From: an uncultured bacterium
GTDB lineage: Bacteria; Omnitrophota; Gorgyraeia; Ghiorseimicrobiales; Ghiorseimicrobiaceae
NCBI GenBank assembly: GCA_913009335.1
Contig: CAJVXN010000004.1
Coordinates: forward strand, 2,349 to 66,348
Length of the DNA: 64,000 nucleotides
Direction: 5' to 3'
A program made the translations under genes and the position numbers. The notes under the pieces are model-generated. The model saw only the letters and a program-made list of their open reading frames with translations, had not been told where the DNA came from and searched no databases. Positions 17,853 to 28,337 of this stretch are shown here, piece by piece; the first letter of the stretch is position 1, and each line of letters starts with the position of its first letter.

Positions 17853-20390
17853 CTAATATTTTACCATCACGCTAATTGCCTTAAGTCTTTCTTGCGCAAA
17901 TTTTGCTTCATCAACATCCATAAGCGAAATCTTAATATAAATACTCTCTGCTTCTTTCCAGTCTTCCCGATTTTCAAAAATACGAGCCAAGCGCAAATAA
18001 CTTTTAAGCAGCCAATACCTATCCTGAGAATGTAAATATGTATTTGTAAGATAGGCCTCAATTGCTTCGTTAATCTTGCCGCTTTCTTCAAAACTCTCAG
18101 CAATCTTAAACTGGATCTCGCCTGCCCCATCCGCGCCCGCGCTATCTAAAGCGCTCTTATAAGAATAAATAGCTTTATCAAAATCACCCAATTCCTTATA
18201 AACGTTTGCTAACTTAACATGCGCCTCTTTAAAAAAACCAGGATAATCCGATAAGCCTCCTCCGGAAGTATCAGAAGAGGCTATCCCCATGGATAAAACA
18301 CGTTTGTAAAATTCTAAAGCTTGCCGGTAATCCCCTTTATCAAAATAGATATCGCCTATAGCAAAAAAAGCCCGTGCCTTAAATTCCGGACTGCCGGTGC
18401 CCGATAAAGCTTCAAACTGAGACATAGCTTCATCATATTCCCCTGAAGCATAATAAATCCAACCTAAAGAATAATACGCGTCAGAGATAAGATCACTATC
18501 CGGATATTCCAAAATCAAACGTTTAAAATGCCTAATTGCCACCTCATTATTAGCTGAATTTAAATAATGTTCTCCTAAAAAATAAATAACATCCGGAGCT
18601 ATCACCGCATTCGGATAACGAGAAAGAATCTCTTTAAATTTTTTAACTGAAAGTTTTTTCGCGCCTTCTTGATAAAGACAATTTGCGATCTCATATTTAC
18701 ACTTTATAACTAGATCAGAATCCTGAGGATATTCCTTTATCGCTTTTTTAAATATTCCTCGCGCTTGTTTATAATTACCTAGATTCAACAAAGAAATTCC
18801 TTCCAGGTAAAAACCATGGGATCTCAACGGACTATCCTTAAACAATGAGACAAAACGATCCAACCATTCACTAGCTCTTTTAAAATCATCTTTCTGAAAA
18901 TAACTAACACCAATATAATACTCTGCCTCATCCCTGAAATTACTATCCGGATAATTTGCCTTAAGGCTTTTAAAACTTAATATCGCGTTTTCAAATCTAC
19001 CCATTTTTAACAAGCATAGGCCGGTATGATACTGTACGTAATCACCGTATAAACTATCCGGATAGTCCTTTAATATCATATCATAAGCCTCTATTGCTTC
19101 CTGATACTGACCCAAATCCTGATATGTATCCCCTATTTGAGACAATGCGCTTACCTTCATTATATTATCACTTGAAAGTTCGGCTACTTTCTTAAATTCC
19201 GAAATTGCGCCGGAAAAATCGCCGATCTTTTGGTATGCCCAAGCAAGATTATAACGAGCTTTATTTCTGAATTCAGGAATGGCGAGGTTGTCTTTATCCA
19301 AAAAAGTATTCAGGATATATTTATATAACGATACCGCTTTTTCATATTGAAGTAACGCGTATAAACTTTCAGCCTTACCAAAATATGCAGATGCTACCGA
19401 TTCATGTTTAGGGAATTTTTCGATTAACTCATCATAAATACCAATAGCTAATTCAGATTCCTCGCTTGCATAAAAAATTTGTGCCTTACCAAGCAAACTA
19501 CTGGCATAAACCTCACTTAAAGATTCTTCTATTTCATCAAAAGCATCTCTTGCTTGCGAATATTGTTTAAGCTTAACATAAGTCCAACCCAAACCCACTA
19601 ATGCTAAATCCGCTAAATTTTTATCATGCGCGGCATTAGCAACAACTAGATAATCTTTTACCGCCTCACGAAAACTATCCAGATAATACAAGCTTTCTGC
19701 TCTATAAAATAAAGCTTCGAATCTAACTTTTGATTCAAAATGGTTTTTTACAAAAAAATCAAACTCTTTCTTTGCCTGGGAATATTCTTTAAGGTTATAA
19801 GAACAAAGTGCGATTTTAAAATCAGTATCTTCTATTAACGCGGCACCGGAAAAAGCATCTCTTAATTGCAGAAAACTTTTTTTTGCTTCTCTAAATTTTT
19901 CTTCTTCAAAAAGTGACCATGCTAAAGAATAATGAGCAAAAATAACATATTCAGACTCACTAAACTCATCAATTAATCTCTGATAATAAACTCTTGCCTG
20001 AGGATAATCCCTGCCCTTAAAATGCACTTCGGCTATCCAGTATAAAACCGCATCCTTAATAGAATCAGATTCCGAAGAATTCAATAATTGCCCCAAAGAA
20101 TCTAAAGCTTCCAGATACTTCTCTTTAGAAAAAAGACATTGGGCAATCAAAAGCTTTACCTTAGGAATCAACTCGCTCTGGGGATAATCTTTTATAAAAC
20201 GCTGTAGTAATCCCAGGGATATCGCGTAAAATTGATCTTCAAATGCTTTCTCTGCCACAAAAAGATCATCTTCTTCTTTTGCGGCAAAAACATCAACTAC
20301 AGATAATAGTTGAAAAACGCTTAGAATTAAGAAAATCAATATAGTAAAGGAATATTTTCTATTAGACATATCAAAAAATATTTGATACAT
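17853..20390 (-). CDS. Large exported tetratricopeptide-repeat protein (BamD/CpoB-like repeats)
   Basis: Signal peptide and many TPR units (YP.S motifs); true start may be 20369. Confidence 0.88.
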   Translation of the reverse strand: MYQIFFDMSNRKYSFTILIFLILSVFQLLSVVDVFAAKEEDDLFVAEKAFEDQFYAISLGLLQRFIKDYPQSELIPKVKLLIAQCLFSKEKYLEALDSLGQLLNSSESDSIKDAVLYWIAEVHFKGRDYPQARVYYQRLIDEFSESEYVIFAHYSLAWSLFEEEKFREAKKSFLQLRDAFSGAALIEDTDFKIALCSYNLKEYSQAKKEFDFFVKNHFESKVRFEALFYRAESLYYLDSFREAVKDYLVVANAAHDKNLADLALVGLGWTYVKLKQYSQARDAFDEIEESLSEVYASSLLGKAQIFYASEESELAIGIYDELIEKFPKHESVASAYFGKAESLYALLQYEKAVSLYKYILNTFLDKDNLAIPEFRNKARYNLAWAYQKIGDFSGAISEFKKVAELSSDNIMKVSALSQIGDTYQDLGQYQEAIEAYDMILKDYPDSLYGDYVQYHTGLCLLKMGRFENAILSFKSLKANYPDSNFRDEAEYYIGVSYFQKDDFKRASEWLDRFVSLFKDSPLRSHGFYLEGISLLNLGNYKQARGIFKKAIKEYPQDSDLVIKCKYEIANCLYQEGAKKLSVKKFKEILSRYPNAVIAPDVIYFLGEHYLNSANNEVAIRHFKRLILEYPDSDLISDAYYSLGWIYYASGEYDEAMSQFEALSGTGSPEFKARAFFAIGDIYFDKGDYRQALEFYKRVLSMGIASSDTSGGGLSDYPGFFKEAHVKLANVYKELGDFDKAIYSYKSALDSAGADGAGEIQFKIAESFEESGKINEAIEAYLTNTYLHSQDRYWLLKSYLRLARIFENREDWKEAESIYIKISLMDVDEAKFAQERLKAISVMVKY

Positions 20391-20497
20391 TCACTGGTAT
20401 CATACCTTACTCTTTAGAGCGAGGTATGAAAACGCCGTTCAGTATCAATCCTGAGCATACCTCGACCTTTAGGCCGAGGTTAATCGAATGGATTGAT
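20382..20497. repeat. Expanded family A double-hairpin element with nested CCTCG-TTTA-CGAGG hairpins
   Basis: TTGAT..arm..ATCAATCCTGAG..CGAATGGA-TTGAT; the junction ATCAATCCTGAGC matches ATTAATCCTGAGC of the mtaB element. Confidence 0.7.
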
Positions 20498-20558
20498 TTT
20501 TTATCTCTATTTTATTTTAACACCTAAGGGTAATTTTGCAATGCTAAATGTATTATTT

Positions 20559-23369
20559 TCACCTGCTGTTTTTAATATTTTTAAATGCCTTCTTGAGATA
20601 CTGCCCAGTATAAGAAACCCTATTTCCAGCAATTTCTTCCGGTGTGCCGGCAGCAACAACTTTACCCCCATTGTCTCCCCCATCAGGGCCTAAGTCAATA
20701 ATATAATCAGCGCTCGCCAACACGTCAAGATTATGTTCTATCACAACTACTGTATTGCCCCGCTCAACAAGTTTATCCAGGACTTTAAGTAATTTATCCA
20801 CATCAGCAAAATGTAAACCGGTAGTAGGTTCATCTAAAATATAAAAAGTATTACCTGTTGCGCGTTTACTTAATTCAGAGGTAAGCTTTATTCTCTGGGC
20901 CTCGCCTCCGGAAAGAGTAGTTGCCGGCTGTCCTAATTGAATATACCCTAAACCTACATCAATTAATGTCTGCAGAATGCTTTTTATCCGCGGTATATTC
21001 GCAAATAAGACACAGGCTTCCTCAACAGACATCTCTAAACAATCGCTTATTGATTTTCCTTTATACTCTACTCTTCGCGTCTGCTCATTGAAACGTTTCC
21101 CCTTGCATAACCCACAGGTTACATAAACATCAGATAAAAAGTGCATCTCTATTTTTTTTATCCCGTCACCACGGCACTCCTCGCACCTTCCACCTTTAAC
21201 ATTAAAACTAAACCTCCCCGGTTTATACCCTCTGATACGTGCCTCGGGCAAGCGGCTAAATATTTGCCTGATAAGACTAAAAACTCCCGTATATGTAGCT
21301 GGATTTGACCGCGGAGTTCTACCGATTGGCGACTGATCAATTTCAATCACCTTATCTATAAATTCTACACCTTTTATCCTATCGAACTCACCAGGCTTTA
21401 TCTTGGACTTATAAATCTTCTGCTTTAGCGCCTTAAATAAAATTTCGTCTATTAAAGTAGATTTTCCAGATCCGGAAACTCCGCTAACACAGCTAAAAAC
21501 ACCCAACGGTATAGAAATATCAATATTTTTTAAATTATGCTGCCTGCATCCAAATAATTCCAGATGTTTCCCCTTTTTTATGCTGCGACGCTTTTTCGGT
21601 ACATAAACTGACAAATCTCCTCTTAAATATTTAGCTGTAAGGGAAACGCGACTCTTTAGTAAATCTCCGATTTTTCCTTTAAAAACTATTTTCCCTCCAA
21701 ATCTTCCCGCCCCGGGCCCTAAATCAATGATATGATCACTTTCTCTTATAGTCGCCTCATCATGCTCAACAACAATAAGAGTATTACCCAAGTCGCGCAA
21801 AGACTTTAACGTTGAAAGGAGCCTACAATTATCCTTCTGATGCAGGCCTATGCTCGGCTCATCTAAAACATAGACTACGCCCGTAAGACCTGAACCAACC
21901 TGCGTCGCCAATCTTATCCTCTGGGATTCGCCCCCTGAAAGTGTTGCGCTCTTGCGTCCTAAAGTCAAATAGTCAAGACCTACATTTATACAAAAATCTA
22001 AACGTTGATTTATTTCTTTTAAAATATCCTTCGCGATCAACTGCTTCTCTGTTGAAAAACTAAGCTTGCCGAAAAAGCTCTTTGCGCAGATTAAAGACAT
22101 TTCTGTTATAGCATGAATAGACTTACCAGATATCCTAACAAACAAACTTTCTTTTTTTAGACGGCTACCTAAACATTGCGGACACGGCAGGACTGACATA
22201 AATTTAGAAATCTCATTCTTAAGATAGTCGCTATCGGTTTGATTAAATAATCTTTCTAGATGCGGCAAGATTCCTTCAAACGGTTTATTCCATATCACTT
22301 CATCAGACCCGTAAATTATTGCATTTTGTATTTTATTACTCAGGTTTTTAAAAGGTGTATGCAGACTAAACCCTAATCTATTCGCAAGCTGACGAAGTAA
22401 CATGCGATAATACATCAAATAACCCCTGCCGCCCTTTTTCCAGGGAGCTATTGCTCCCTCAACAATTGGTTTATCGCGGTCAGGAATAACAATATCCAAA
22501 TCAAATTCCATTTTTGTGCCTAATCCGTTACAGGCAGAACAAGCACCATAGGGAGAGTTAAAAGAAAAAATTCTTGGCTCAACCTCTCCCAAGCTTATCC
22601 CGCAATCCGGGCATCCGTAGAGCTCACTAAAAAGCATCTCCCTATTATCATCTAAGACAATTATCACCACTCCTTTACCTGCCTTTAATGCCGTCTCAAT
22701 CGAATCCGTAATTCTTCTTTTATTGACATCATTAACACTAAGCCTATCAACAACCACTTCAATCTTATGTATTTTATATCTATCCAGTTTAATCGGTTTA
22801 TCCAACTCGCACGTTTTACCGTCAACGCGGGCGCGCGTAAAACCCTCTTTCTGCATTAGGCCAAAAATTTTAGCATACTGGCCCTTTTTTCCTCTTACAA
22901 TAGGAGCTAATATTTCAATTTTTGCACCTCGAGGTAATTTCATGATAAGATTTACGATTTCTTGCGGGCTTTGTCTTTTTATAACCTTGCCGCATTTATA
23001 ACAATGAGGCGTACCTGCCTTAGCAAAAAGAAGCCGTAAATAATCATAGATCTCTGTTTGGGTCCCCACCGTAGAACGAGGATTTCCGCCTGCGGTTCTT
23101 TGCTCAATTGAAATTGCCGGAGATAATCCCTCGATACACTCAACATCCGGTTTATCAAGCCGTTCTAAAAACTGACGCGCATAACTAGAAAGGCTTTCCA
23201 CGTAACGACGTTGCCCCTCAGCATAAATCGTATCAAAAGCAAGGCTTGATTTACCAGATCCGGAGAGACCGGTTACAACAACCAGCTTATTGCGGGGAAT
23301 CTTTAAACTTATATTCTTTAAATTGTGGACTTTTGCGCCACGGATATTAATACACTGTTCTTTACTCAT
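20559..23369 (-). CDS. uvrA: Excinuclease ABC subunit A
   Basis: [23 protein letters not shown], two ABC domains, Zn fingers, TLSGGEAQR. Confidence 0.98.
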   Translation of the reverse strand: MSKEQCINIRGAKVHNLKNISLKIPRNKLVVVTGLSGSGKSSLAFDTIYAEGQRRYVESLSSYARQFLERLDKPDVECIEGLSPAISIEQRTAGGNPRSTVGTQTEIYDYLRLLFAKAGTPHCYKCGKVIKRQSPQEIVNLIMKLPRGAKIEILAPIVRGKKGQYAKIFGLMQKEGFTRARVDGKTCELDKPIKLDRYKIHKIEVVVDRLSVNDVNKRRITDSIETALKAGKGVVIIVLDDNREMLFSELYGCPDCGISLGEVEPRIFSFNSPYGACSACNGLGTKMEFDLDIVIPDRDKPIVEGAIAPWKKGGRGYLMYYRMLLRQLANRLGFSLHTPFKNLSNKIQNAIIYGSDEVIWNKPFEGILPHLERLFNQTDSDYLKNEISKFMSVLPCPQCLGSRLKKESLFVRISGKSIHAITEMSLICAKSFFGKLSFSTEKQLIAKDILKEINQRLDFCINVGLDYLTLGRKSATLSGGESQRIRLATQVGSGLTGVVYVLDEPSIGLHQKDNCRLLSTLKSLRDLGNTLIVVEHDEATIRESDHIIDLGPGAGRFGGKIVFKGKIGDLLKSRVSLTAKYLRGDLSVYVPKKRRSIKKGKHLELFGCRQHNLKNIDISIPLGVFSCVSGVSGSGKSTLIDEILFKALKQKIYKSKIKPGEFDRIKGVEFIDKVIEIDQSPIGRTPRSNPATYTGVFSLIRQIFSRLPEARIRGYKPGRFSFNVKGGRCEECRGDGIKKIEMHFLSDVYVTCGLCKGKRFNEQTRRVEYKGKSISDCLEMSVEEACVLFANIPRIKSILQTLIDVGLGYIQLGQPATTLSGGEAQRIKLTSELSKRATGNTFYILDEPTTGLHFADVDKLLKVLDKLVERGNTVVVIEHNLDVLASADYIIDLGPDGGDNGGKVVAAGTPEEIAGNRVSYTGQYLKKAFKNIKNSR

Positions 23370-23407
23370 ATTAAATGAAGTTAATGTATAAATACAAACT
23401 CGGTAGG

Positions 23408-24277
23408 CTACTTGATACCTTTTACTTCAACGGATGTATGTCCATACTGCTGATACCTGTTAGTTTTAACCTTTACATCGCAAGGATTACAATGACCAAA
23501 ATTTGAACAGTCTCTAAATTTATTTTCGATTTGAAAATCCGGACTTAAAATATGCCCTATCGGATTTAATCTTTCATAAATATCGGCATGACAGCGAAAA
23601 ACACTCCCCTCACTATCTATCAAAAATTCCGTTGTCTTACATTGTACTTTCTTTCTGAATTTTTTATCACAGACGCCACTATACCTATAGGTTCCATATA
23701 ATTTCTTTTTATATTCGCCAAGAAACTCTTTCATGCGAAAATCTATTCCCTCTTTGCGTGCCTTACTTTGCGCCTCAGACATTATTTTTTCATATCCGGG
23801 TCGCATTACCCCCCATATACCAATACTGAAATTTGCCTTTAATAATTTTGAAGTTTTATGAATAGTTTCGTCTAAATCCATTTGCTCGGGATGGTAACTT
23901 ACGCGAATAGAAGCATAAGGAGCATCCCGCCTTAGTCTCTCAGGGTCAACCTTACTTTTAAATTCATCAATATCGAATCGTAAATTAGTTAATATTTCAA
24001 TATACAAATCTGGTTTTATATTATTTATTATGTATATGAAATCAGGATGTAAGCTAGGCTCTCCGCCTTGAAGAGTTATCGGTAAATCCTCTCGAGAAAT
24101 AATACGATTTAGACCACGGACCCAATCTTTTCCGGAGATATTCTTTCTTTTTATAATACCCTGCTCAAAGTGATTAATACAATAATGACATTTAAGATTA
24201 CAGGCAAAAGTTAAAAATACGCCAATATAATTATAATCCTCTGGAACTTGGACAGGTTTAGTAATATTGGTTTCCAT
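23408..24277 (-). CDS. Radical SAM protein with a C-terminal twitch-like Cys cluster
   Basis: CNLKCHYC, GGEPSLH; C-terminal C...CH...C..GHCNPCD. Confidence 0.88.
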   Translation of the reverse strand: METNITKPVQVPEDYNYIGVFLTFACNLKCHYCINHFEQGIIKRKNISGKDWVRGLNRIISREDLPITLQGGEPSLHPDFIYIINNIKPDLYIEILTNLRFDIDEFKSKVDPERLRRDAPYASIRVSYHPEQMDLDETIHKTSKLLKANFSIGIWGVMRPGYEKIMSEAQSKARKEGIDFRMKEFLGEYKKKLYGTYRYSGVCDKKFRKKVQCKTTEFLIDSEGSVFRCHADIYERLNPIGHILSPDFQIENKFRDCSNFGHCNPCDVKVKTNRYQQYGHTSVEVKGIK

Positions 24278-24299
24278 TTTTATTGAACCTCATTAGAAA

Positions 24300-24839
24300 T
24301 TAATTAAGCTCTGTTTTTTTATTTAAAAGCCGCCGCTTGAAAAATGCTAGAATCTTTGCCATCCATAATACTATAGATCCATAAATAAAATATTTATTGT
24401 CTTTCAAAATTACCTGATTGGTTTCAATAAGCCTCACAAATCTGCGATTAATTATTTCTTCTGCGCTATAGCGCTTTAAGATTTCATCTAAGGAAAGGCC
24501 CTCTCTGGCCTCGAATAGCTCGCGAACAATCCTTATTCTGCGGGCCGTCTCCCCTAAATTTATAAAGTGAAAATAGCAATACCCTAGCGCAGCATATGTC
24601 AAAAGATTTATCAAGATATCGGCAATAAAATCTTTAAGCAAACCGGAATATGCTGAAAAAATATAAAATTCTAAGGCAAATAAACTAATAACTCCCGCAA
24701 AAAAACCTAAGAATATAGAATTTAATAAGCCTATCTTCGGCAGGCATCGGGAAGTTCCAACCTGCAACAATATGTTTACTAGCAAGCTGACCATCAGAAA
24801 GATAATATTTAAATAATCAGGGTTCATTAGCAACCTCAA
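24300..24839 (-). CDS. Membrane protein with a C-terminal winged-helix-like domain
   Basis: Three hydrophobic segments, then RIRIVREL...GLSLDEIL...RFVRLIE..QVILKDNKY. Confidence 0.7.
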   Translation of the reverse strand: MRLLMNPDYLNIIFLMVSLLVNILLQVGTSRCLPKIGLLNSIFLGFFAGVISLFALEFYIFSAYSGLLKDFIADILINLLTYAALGYCYFHFINLGETARRIRIVRELFEAREGLSLDEILKRYSAEEIINRRFVRLIETNQVILKDNKYFIYGSIVLWMAKILAFFKRRLLNKKTELN

Positions 24840-25363
24840 CCGCCCTTAGGAGCATTTAGCAATTTGCGATAAAATATAAATATATTTGCCAACAAAACTC
24901 CTTTAGGAGTTATTCGATATATCCCCTTATCGAGAAAAAGCATTTTATCGCGAAGTAGATCATCAATCCGCGGCCTTACTAGAAAATCATTCGTCATAAT
25001 CTTCTCTATTTTCTCTTTGGTCAAACCGGATGAGGCGGCTTTAGAAATATACAAAACTATCAGTAGTGACGGACTATCTACTTCTATGGCCGAATATGAA
25101 ACAATATAAGCTAGGACTAATGCGCCATAGGAGAAAGAAATAAGCAAATATTCAGAAAATCCCTGAGGCAAACTAAGACCTAGAAATGATACGGAAGAAT
25201 ATATTCTAGAGAAAAAAATACCGGCTATTAGAACACCAAAAAATATTTTTAGTAATCCTATAGTATGATTTTTTTTAGGCAAAGATACTCGCCAAATAAT
25301 AAAGTGAATTATAAACGCTAAAATAAATAGAAAAATGACATAAACTAGTTTATTCATAAACAA
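24836..25363 (-). CDS. Membrane protein with a C-terminal winged-helix-like domain (paralogue of its neighbour)
   Basis: Three TM segments, then SPSLLIV...GLTKEKI...RIDDLLRDKML...YRITPKG. Confidence 0.7.
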   Translation of the reverse strand: MFMNKLVYVIFLFILAFIIHFIIWRVSLPKKNHTIGLLKIFFGVLIAGIFFSRIYSSVSFLGLSLPQGFSEYLLISFSYGALVLAYIVSYSAIEVDSPSLLIVLYISKAASSGLTKEKIEKIMTNDFLVRPRIDDLLRDKMLFLDKGIYRITPKGVLLANIFIFYRKLLNAPKGG

Positions 25364-25394
25364 AAATACTATTGGCTATAGATTACTAAATATG

Positions 25395-26498
25395 TTAGAT
25401 AAAATTCTTATGTAAAACCTGTTTGTCTTTTGGCATCGTAAAGCTTGCGCCGCTAGACTTCAAATCCCATAAAAATTCATTTACTTTATGCTGGAGGCAT
25501 AGCGTGCCGCACATAATCTGTGCATTAAATTTATCAGAAGCAATAAAATTCAAAACATCCCAATAGCGCTCATCCTGCCATATTTCCTTAAAAGATTTTT
25601 CTGCGATATTACCTATATGATATTTTTTATATTTACTGTTAAATAACATTCCGCAAGGTGCGACCAACCCCGAACCGGAAAACTGCATAATAAAGGCAGG
25701 GGCATAACATTGTTTGTATTTACGCTTCCCTCCGCTTAAAATCTTAGACCACTTAACCGCAACTTTATATTCGTGCGTTGAATATTTCTCTGCCTCTTTT
25801 AAAATATCTATACATGACTGGTATTTTAAATAATCCACTCTCAGGCTTCCAACTTCATCATCACTGCAATGTTTAAAAATAAGATAATCTACTCCTAGAT
25901 CTTTACCGAGTTTTGCCAGGGGGATAACCTGATCACTAAAACGGGGGAGAAAAACCATCTGTAGCCCTATAGTAACCCCCAGCAACTTATCCTTTTTAAT
26001 GTTGACACACTGACGAATAATTTTCACTACCCTCTCAAAGCATTTATCATCGGTCCCGTGTATATCAGCATATCTTTTTGCACCTGCCGCCGAAATATTA
26101 AATCGTATATAGGTTAAAACGGATAATATCTCTTCAAGCCTATCTTCCTTTAATAAATACCCATTAGTTCCAACAGCCATATCTAGGCCATTGGCCTTGC
26201 CCCTCAAAACAGCATCGTAAAAATAAGGAGAACAGGTGCTTTCTCCGTCACTAACAAAACTTACTCCTTTAACGCCTATATCGGCTGCGTCATCTAAAAA
26301 CCTAAATATCACATCTTTAGTTATCTTCTTTTCATCGTTTGCCTGTAAGGCACCATAGCAATAAACGCATCTATAGGTACACCTACGGGTTAAAGCGCAA
26401 TCAATAGTAATAGGCGCTATTTTTTTTCCTTCTAGCCATGCCTTAAGGCGCTCCTCATGGTAAGCCAACTTTTGCCCATCGAGAACTAATTCTTTCAT
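25395..26498 (-). CDS. Radical SAM/SPASM protein
   Basis: CTYRCVYC; SPASM-type C...G..APC...IGNI..KSF.EIW...CGTLC. Confidence 0.9.
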   Translation of the reverse strand: MKELVLDGQKLAYHEERLKAWLEGKKIAPITIDCALTRRCTYRCVYCYGALQANDEKKITKDVIFRFLDDAADIGVKGVSFVSDGESTCSPYFYDAVLRGKANGLDMAVGTNGYLLKEDRLEEILSVLTYIRFNISAAGAKRYADIHGTDDKCFERVVKIIRQCVNIKKDKLLGVTIGLQMVFLPRFSDQVIPLAKLGKDLGVDYLIFKHCSDDEVGSLRVDYLKYQSCIDILKEAEKYSTHEYKVAVKWSKILSGGKRKYKQCYAPAFIMQFSGSGLVAPCGMLFNSKYKKYHIGNIAEKSFKEIWQDERYWDVLNFIASDKFNAQIMCGTLCLQHKVNEFLWDLKSSGASFTMPKDKQVLHKNFI

Positions 26499-26523
26499 CT
26501 GAAATTATTTTTATTGAATAAAT

Positions 26524-27303
26524 CTATGCATTATTTCTTCTGGTTTGCGTTAGTGAATCACGGCTAAATCGTCTTTTACCGTTTTTATTTTTATGAAAAT
26601 AAAAATCTTTGACCAATCGTAAATACCCCCTTACAACCTGGTATAGAGAAGGAAAACTAACAGCTTTAGATACTCCCTCTTTTCTTAAACCCAGCTTATA
26701 GGGAACCTCGGCAAAAAGATAACCTTTTTTTACCGATCTTATCAAAATATCCGTCTGGAAAAAGAAACCATTACTTCTATAATCCAAATCATCTAAAATA
26801 GACTTACGATACAGAACCGTCCCGTTAGTATAGTTAAAATTAACCAGAAATGTCGTATTAATAATGAAACGGTATACAAACGAAAGCATGTTCCTAAAAA
26901 GAAGTCTTGTCTCTCTATTAAATATAAAAGGAATAACAATATCTACATGTTCCAATAAATTATAATAGCGGAAAATTTCCCGGGGATCATTTTCATTATC
27001 TCCGGGCAGCATAACAACAATATCTCCTGTTGCGCCCGCAACTCCATCCCAGAAAGAAGCGCCAATACCTAACGGTTTATCATGCCGGATAATAGAAACT
27101 TTTCCTGGGTTTTCGTTTATTTTTTGCTCAATCAAAATTCGAGTATTATCCGAACTACCATCATCTACTACAATAAGCTCCCCTGCTATATTAAAAGTAT
27201 TAAAATCTTTCAATACATCGTTGATTGCATTGGATATATTTGATTCTTCATTAAGCGCTGGCATAATAACGCTTAATTTATTTTCATCCATCTTCTTATT
27301 CAT
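26524..27303 (-). CDS. Glycosyltransferase family 2 (DPM/polyprenol-phosphate type)
   Basis: SVIMPALNEE, VVDDGSSDNT. Confidence 0.9.
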   Translation of the reverse strand: MNKKMDENKLSVIMPALNEESNISNAINDVLKDFNTFNIAGELIVVDDGSSDNTRILIEQKINENPGKVSIIRHDKPLGIGASFWDGVAGATGDIVVMLPGDNENDPREIFRYYNLLEHVDIVIPFIFNRETRLLFRNMLSFVYRFIINTTFLVNFNYTNGTVLYRKSILDDLDYRSNGFFFQTDILIRSVKKGYLFAEVPYKLGLRKEGVSKAVSFPSLYQVVRGYLRLVKDFYFHKNKNGKRRFSRDSLTQTRRNNA

Positions 27304-28337
27304 AAAATTCGCTTAACTGCCTTAATAATATCTTCTGAATCCAGATAAAATTCTTTTTCTAAAACAGGACTACTGGGAGTAGGCGTGTCAGCAAGACTAA
27401 TTACCTGGACATCTGATTTTAAATAAGGCCTTAATTTATTATGCATGCGCCCCAGAAGTATCTCGCCTATACCGCCACTAGCCCAACCTAAATCAGCAAA
27501 AACAAGCCTCCCTGTTTTCTTAACAGATTCAATAACAATTTCTTCGTCAAAAGGATTAAGTGATCTGGGATCAATAATTTCTATATCTATATCTTCCCGT
27601 TTTAATTTTTCCGCAGCCTTCATCGCTTCCTGTACCATTAATGATACGGCAACTATTGTTACATCTTTACCGGCCTTACGAATAAAACCTTTTCCAATAG
27701 GTATAAGATATTCTTTGGCAGGGACATAATCTTTAATATCATAAAGCCACCTATGCTCGATAAAAATAACGGGATTATTATCGGCTATACTTGCAAGTAA
27801 TAATCCTTTTGCATCATAAGCGCTTGACGGCATAACTACTTTAATTCCCGGCATATGCAAAAACAATGCATGTAGAGCCTGAGAATGCTGCGCTGAAGAA
27901 CCCCAGCCTCTACCGATAATGGAACGTATAACCATAGGGACAGCTACCCTACCGGAAGACATATAACATATTTTTGCTGCATGATTAAGTATCTGATCAA
28001 ATGAAAGAAGCATGAAATCCATTCGCATGTGTACTAAAATAGGCCTCATTCCACAAACTGCTGCTCCGACGCAAAAGCCGGTTAATCCGTTCTCTGATAT
28101 CGGTGTATCCATTACCCTACCGGGAAAATCCTTATGCAAATTAAGTGTTGATCCAAAAACACCTCCGGGATCATCAACACCTTCACCCATCAGGAAAACA
28201 CGGGGATCTCTCTTAAAAGCCTGAAAAGAGGCCTCTCTTAAGGCCTGTCTAAATTCAAGCGTCCTTTTATTCTTATCTAGAGAAGGAAAGGCTAAATTTT
28301 TAACGGCATTATCAACCGCTACTTTTGTCCAGGGCAT
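27300..28337 (-). CDS. TPP-dependent 2-oxoacid/acetoin dehydrogenase-like E1 beta subunit
   Basis: DTPISENG, GMRP, SAQHSQ, DAKGLL, DNNPVIFIEH, SVKKTGR. Confidence 0.92.
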   Translation of the reverse strand: MPWTKVAVDNAVKNLAFPSLDKNKRTLEFRQALREASFQAFKRDPRVFLMGEGVDDPGGVFGSTLNLHKDFPGRVMDTPISENGLTGFCVGAAVCGMRPILVHMRMDFMLLSFDQILNHAAKICYMSSGRVAVPMVIRSIIGRGWGSSAQHSQALHALFLHMPGIKVVMPSSAYDAKGLLLASIADNNPVIFIEHRWLYDIKDYVPAKEYLIPIGKGFIRKAGKDVTIVAVSLMVQEAMKAAEKLKREDIDIEIIDPRSLNPFDEEIVIESVKKTGRLVFADLGWASGGIGEILLGRMHNKLRPYLKSDVQVISLADTPTPSSPVLEKEFYLDSEDIIKAVKRIL

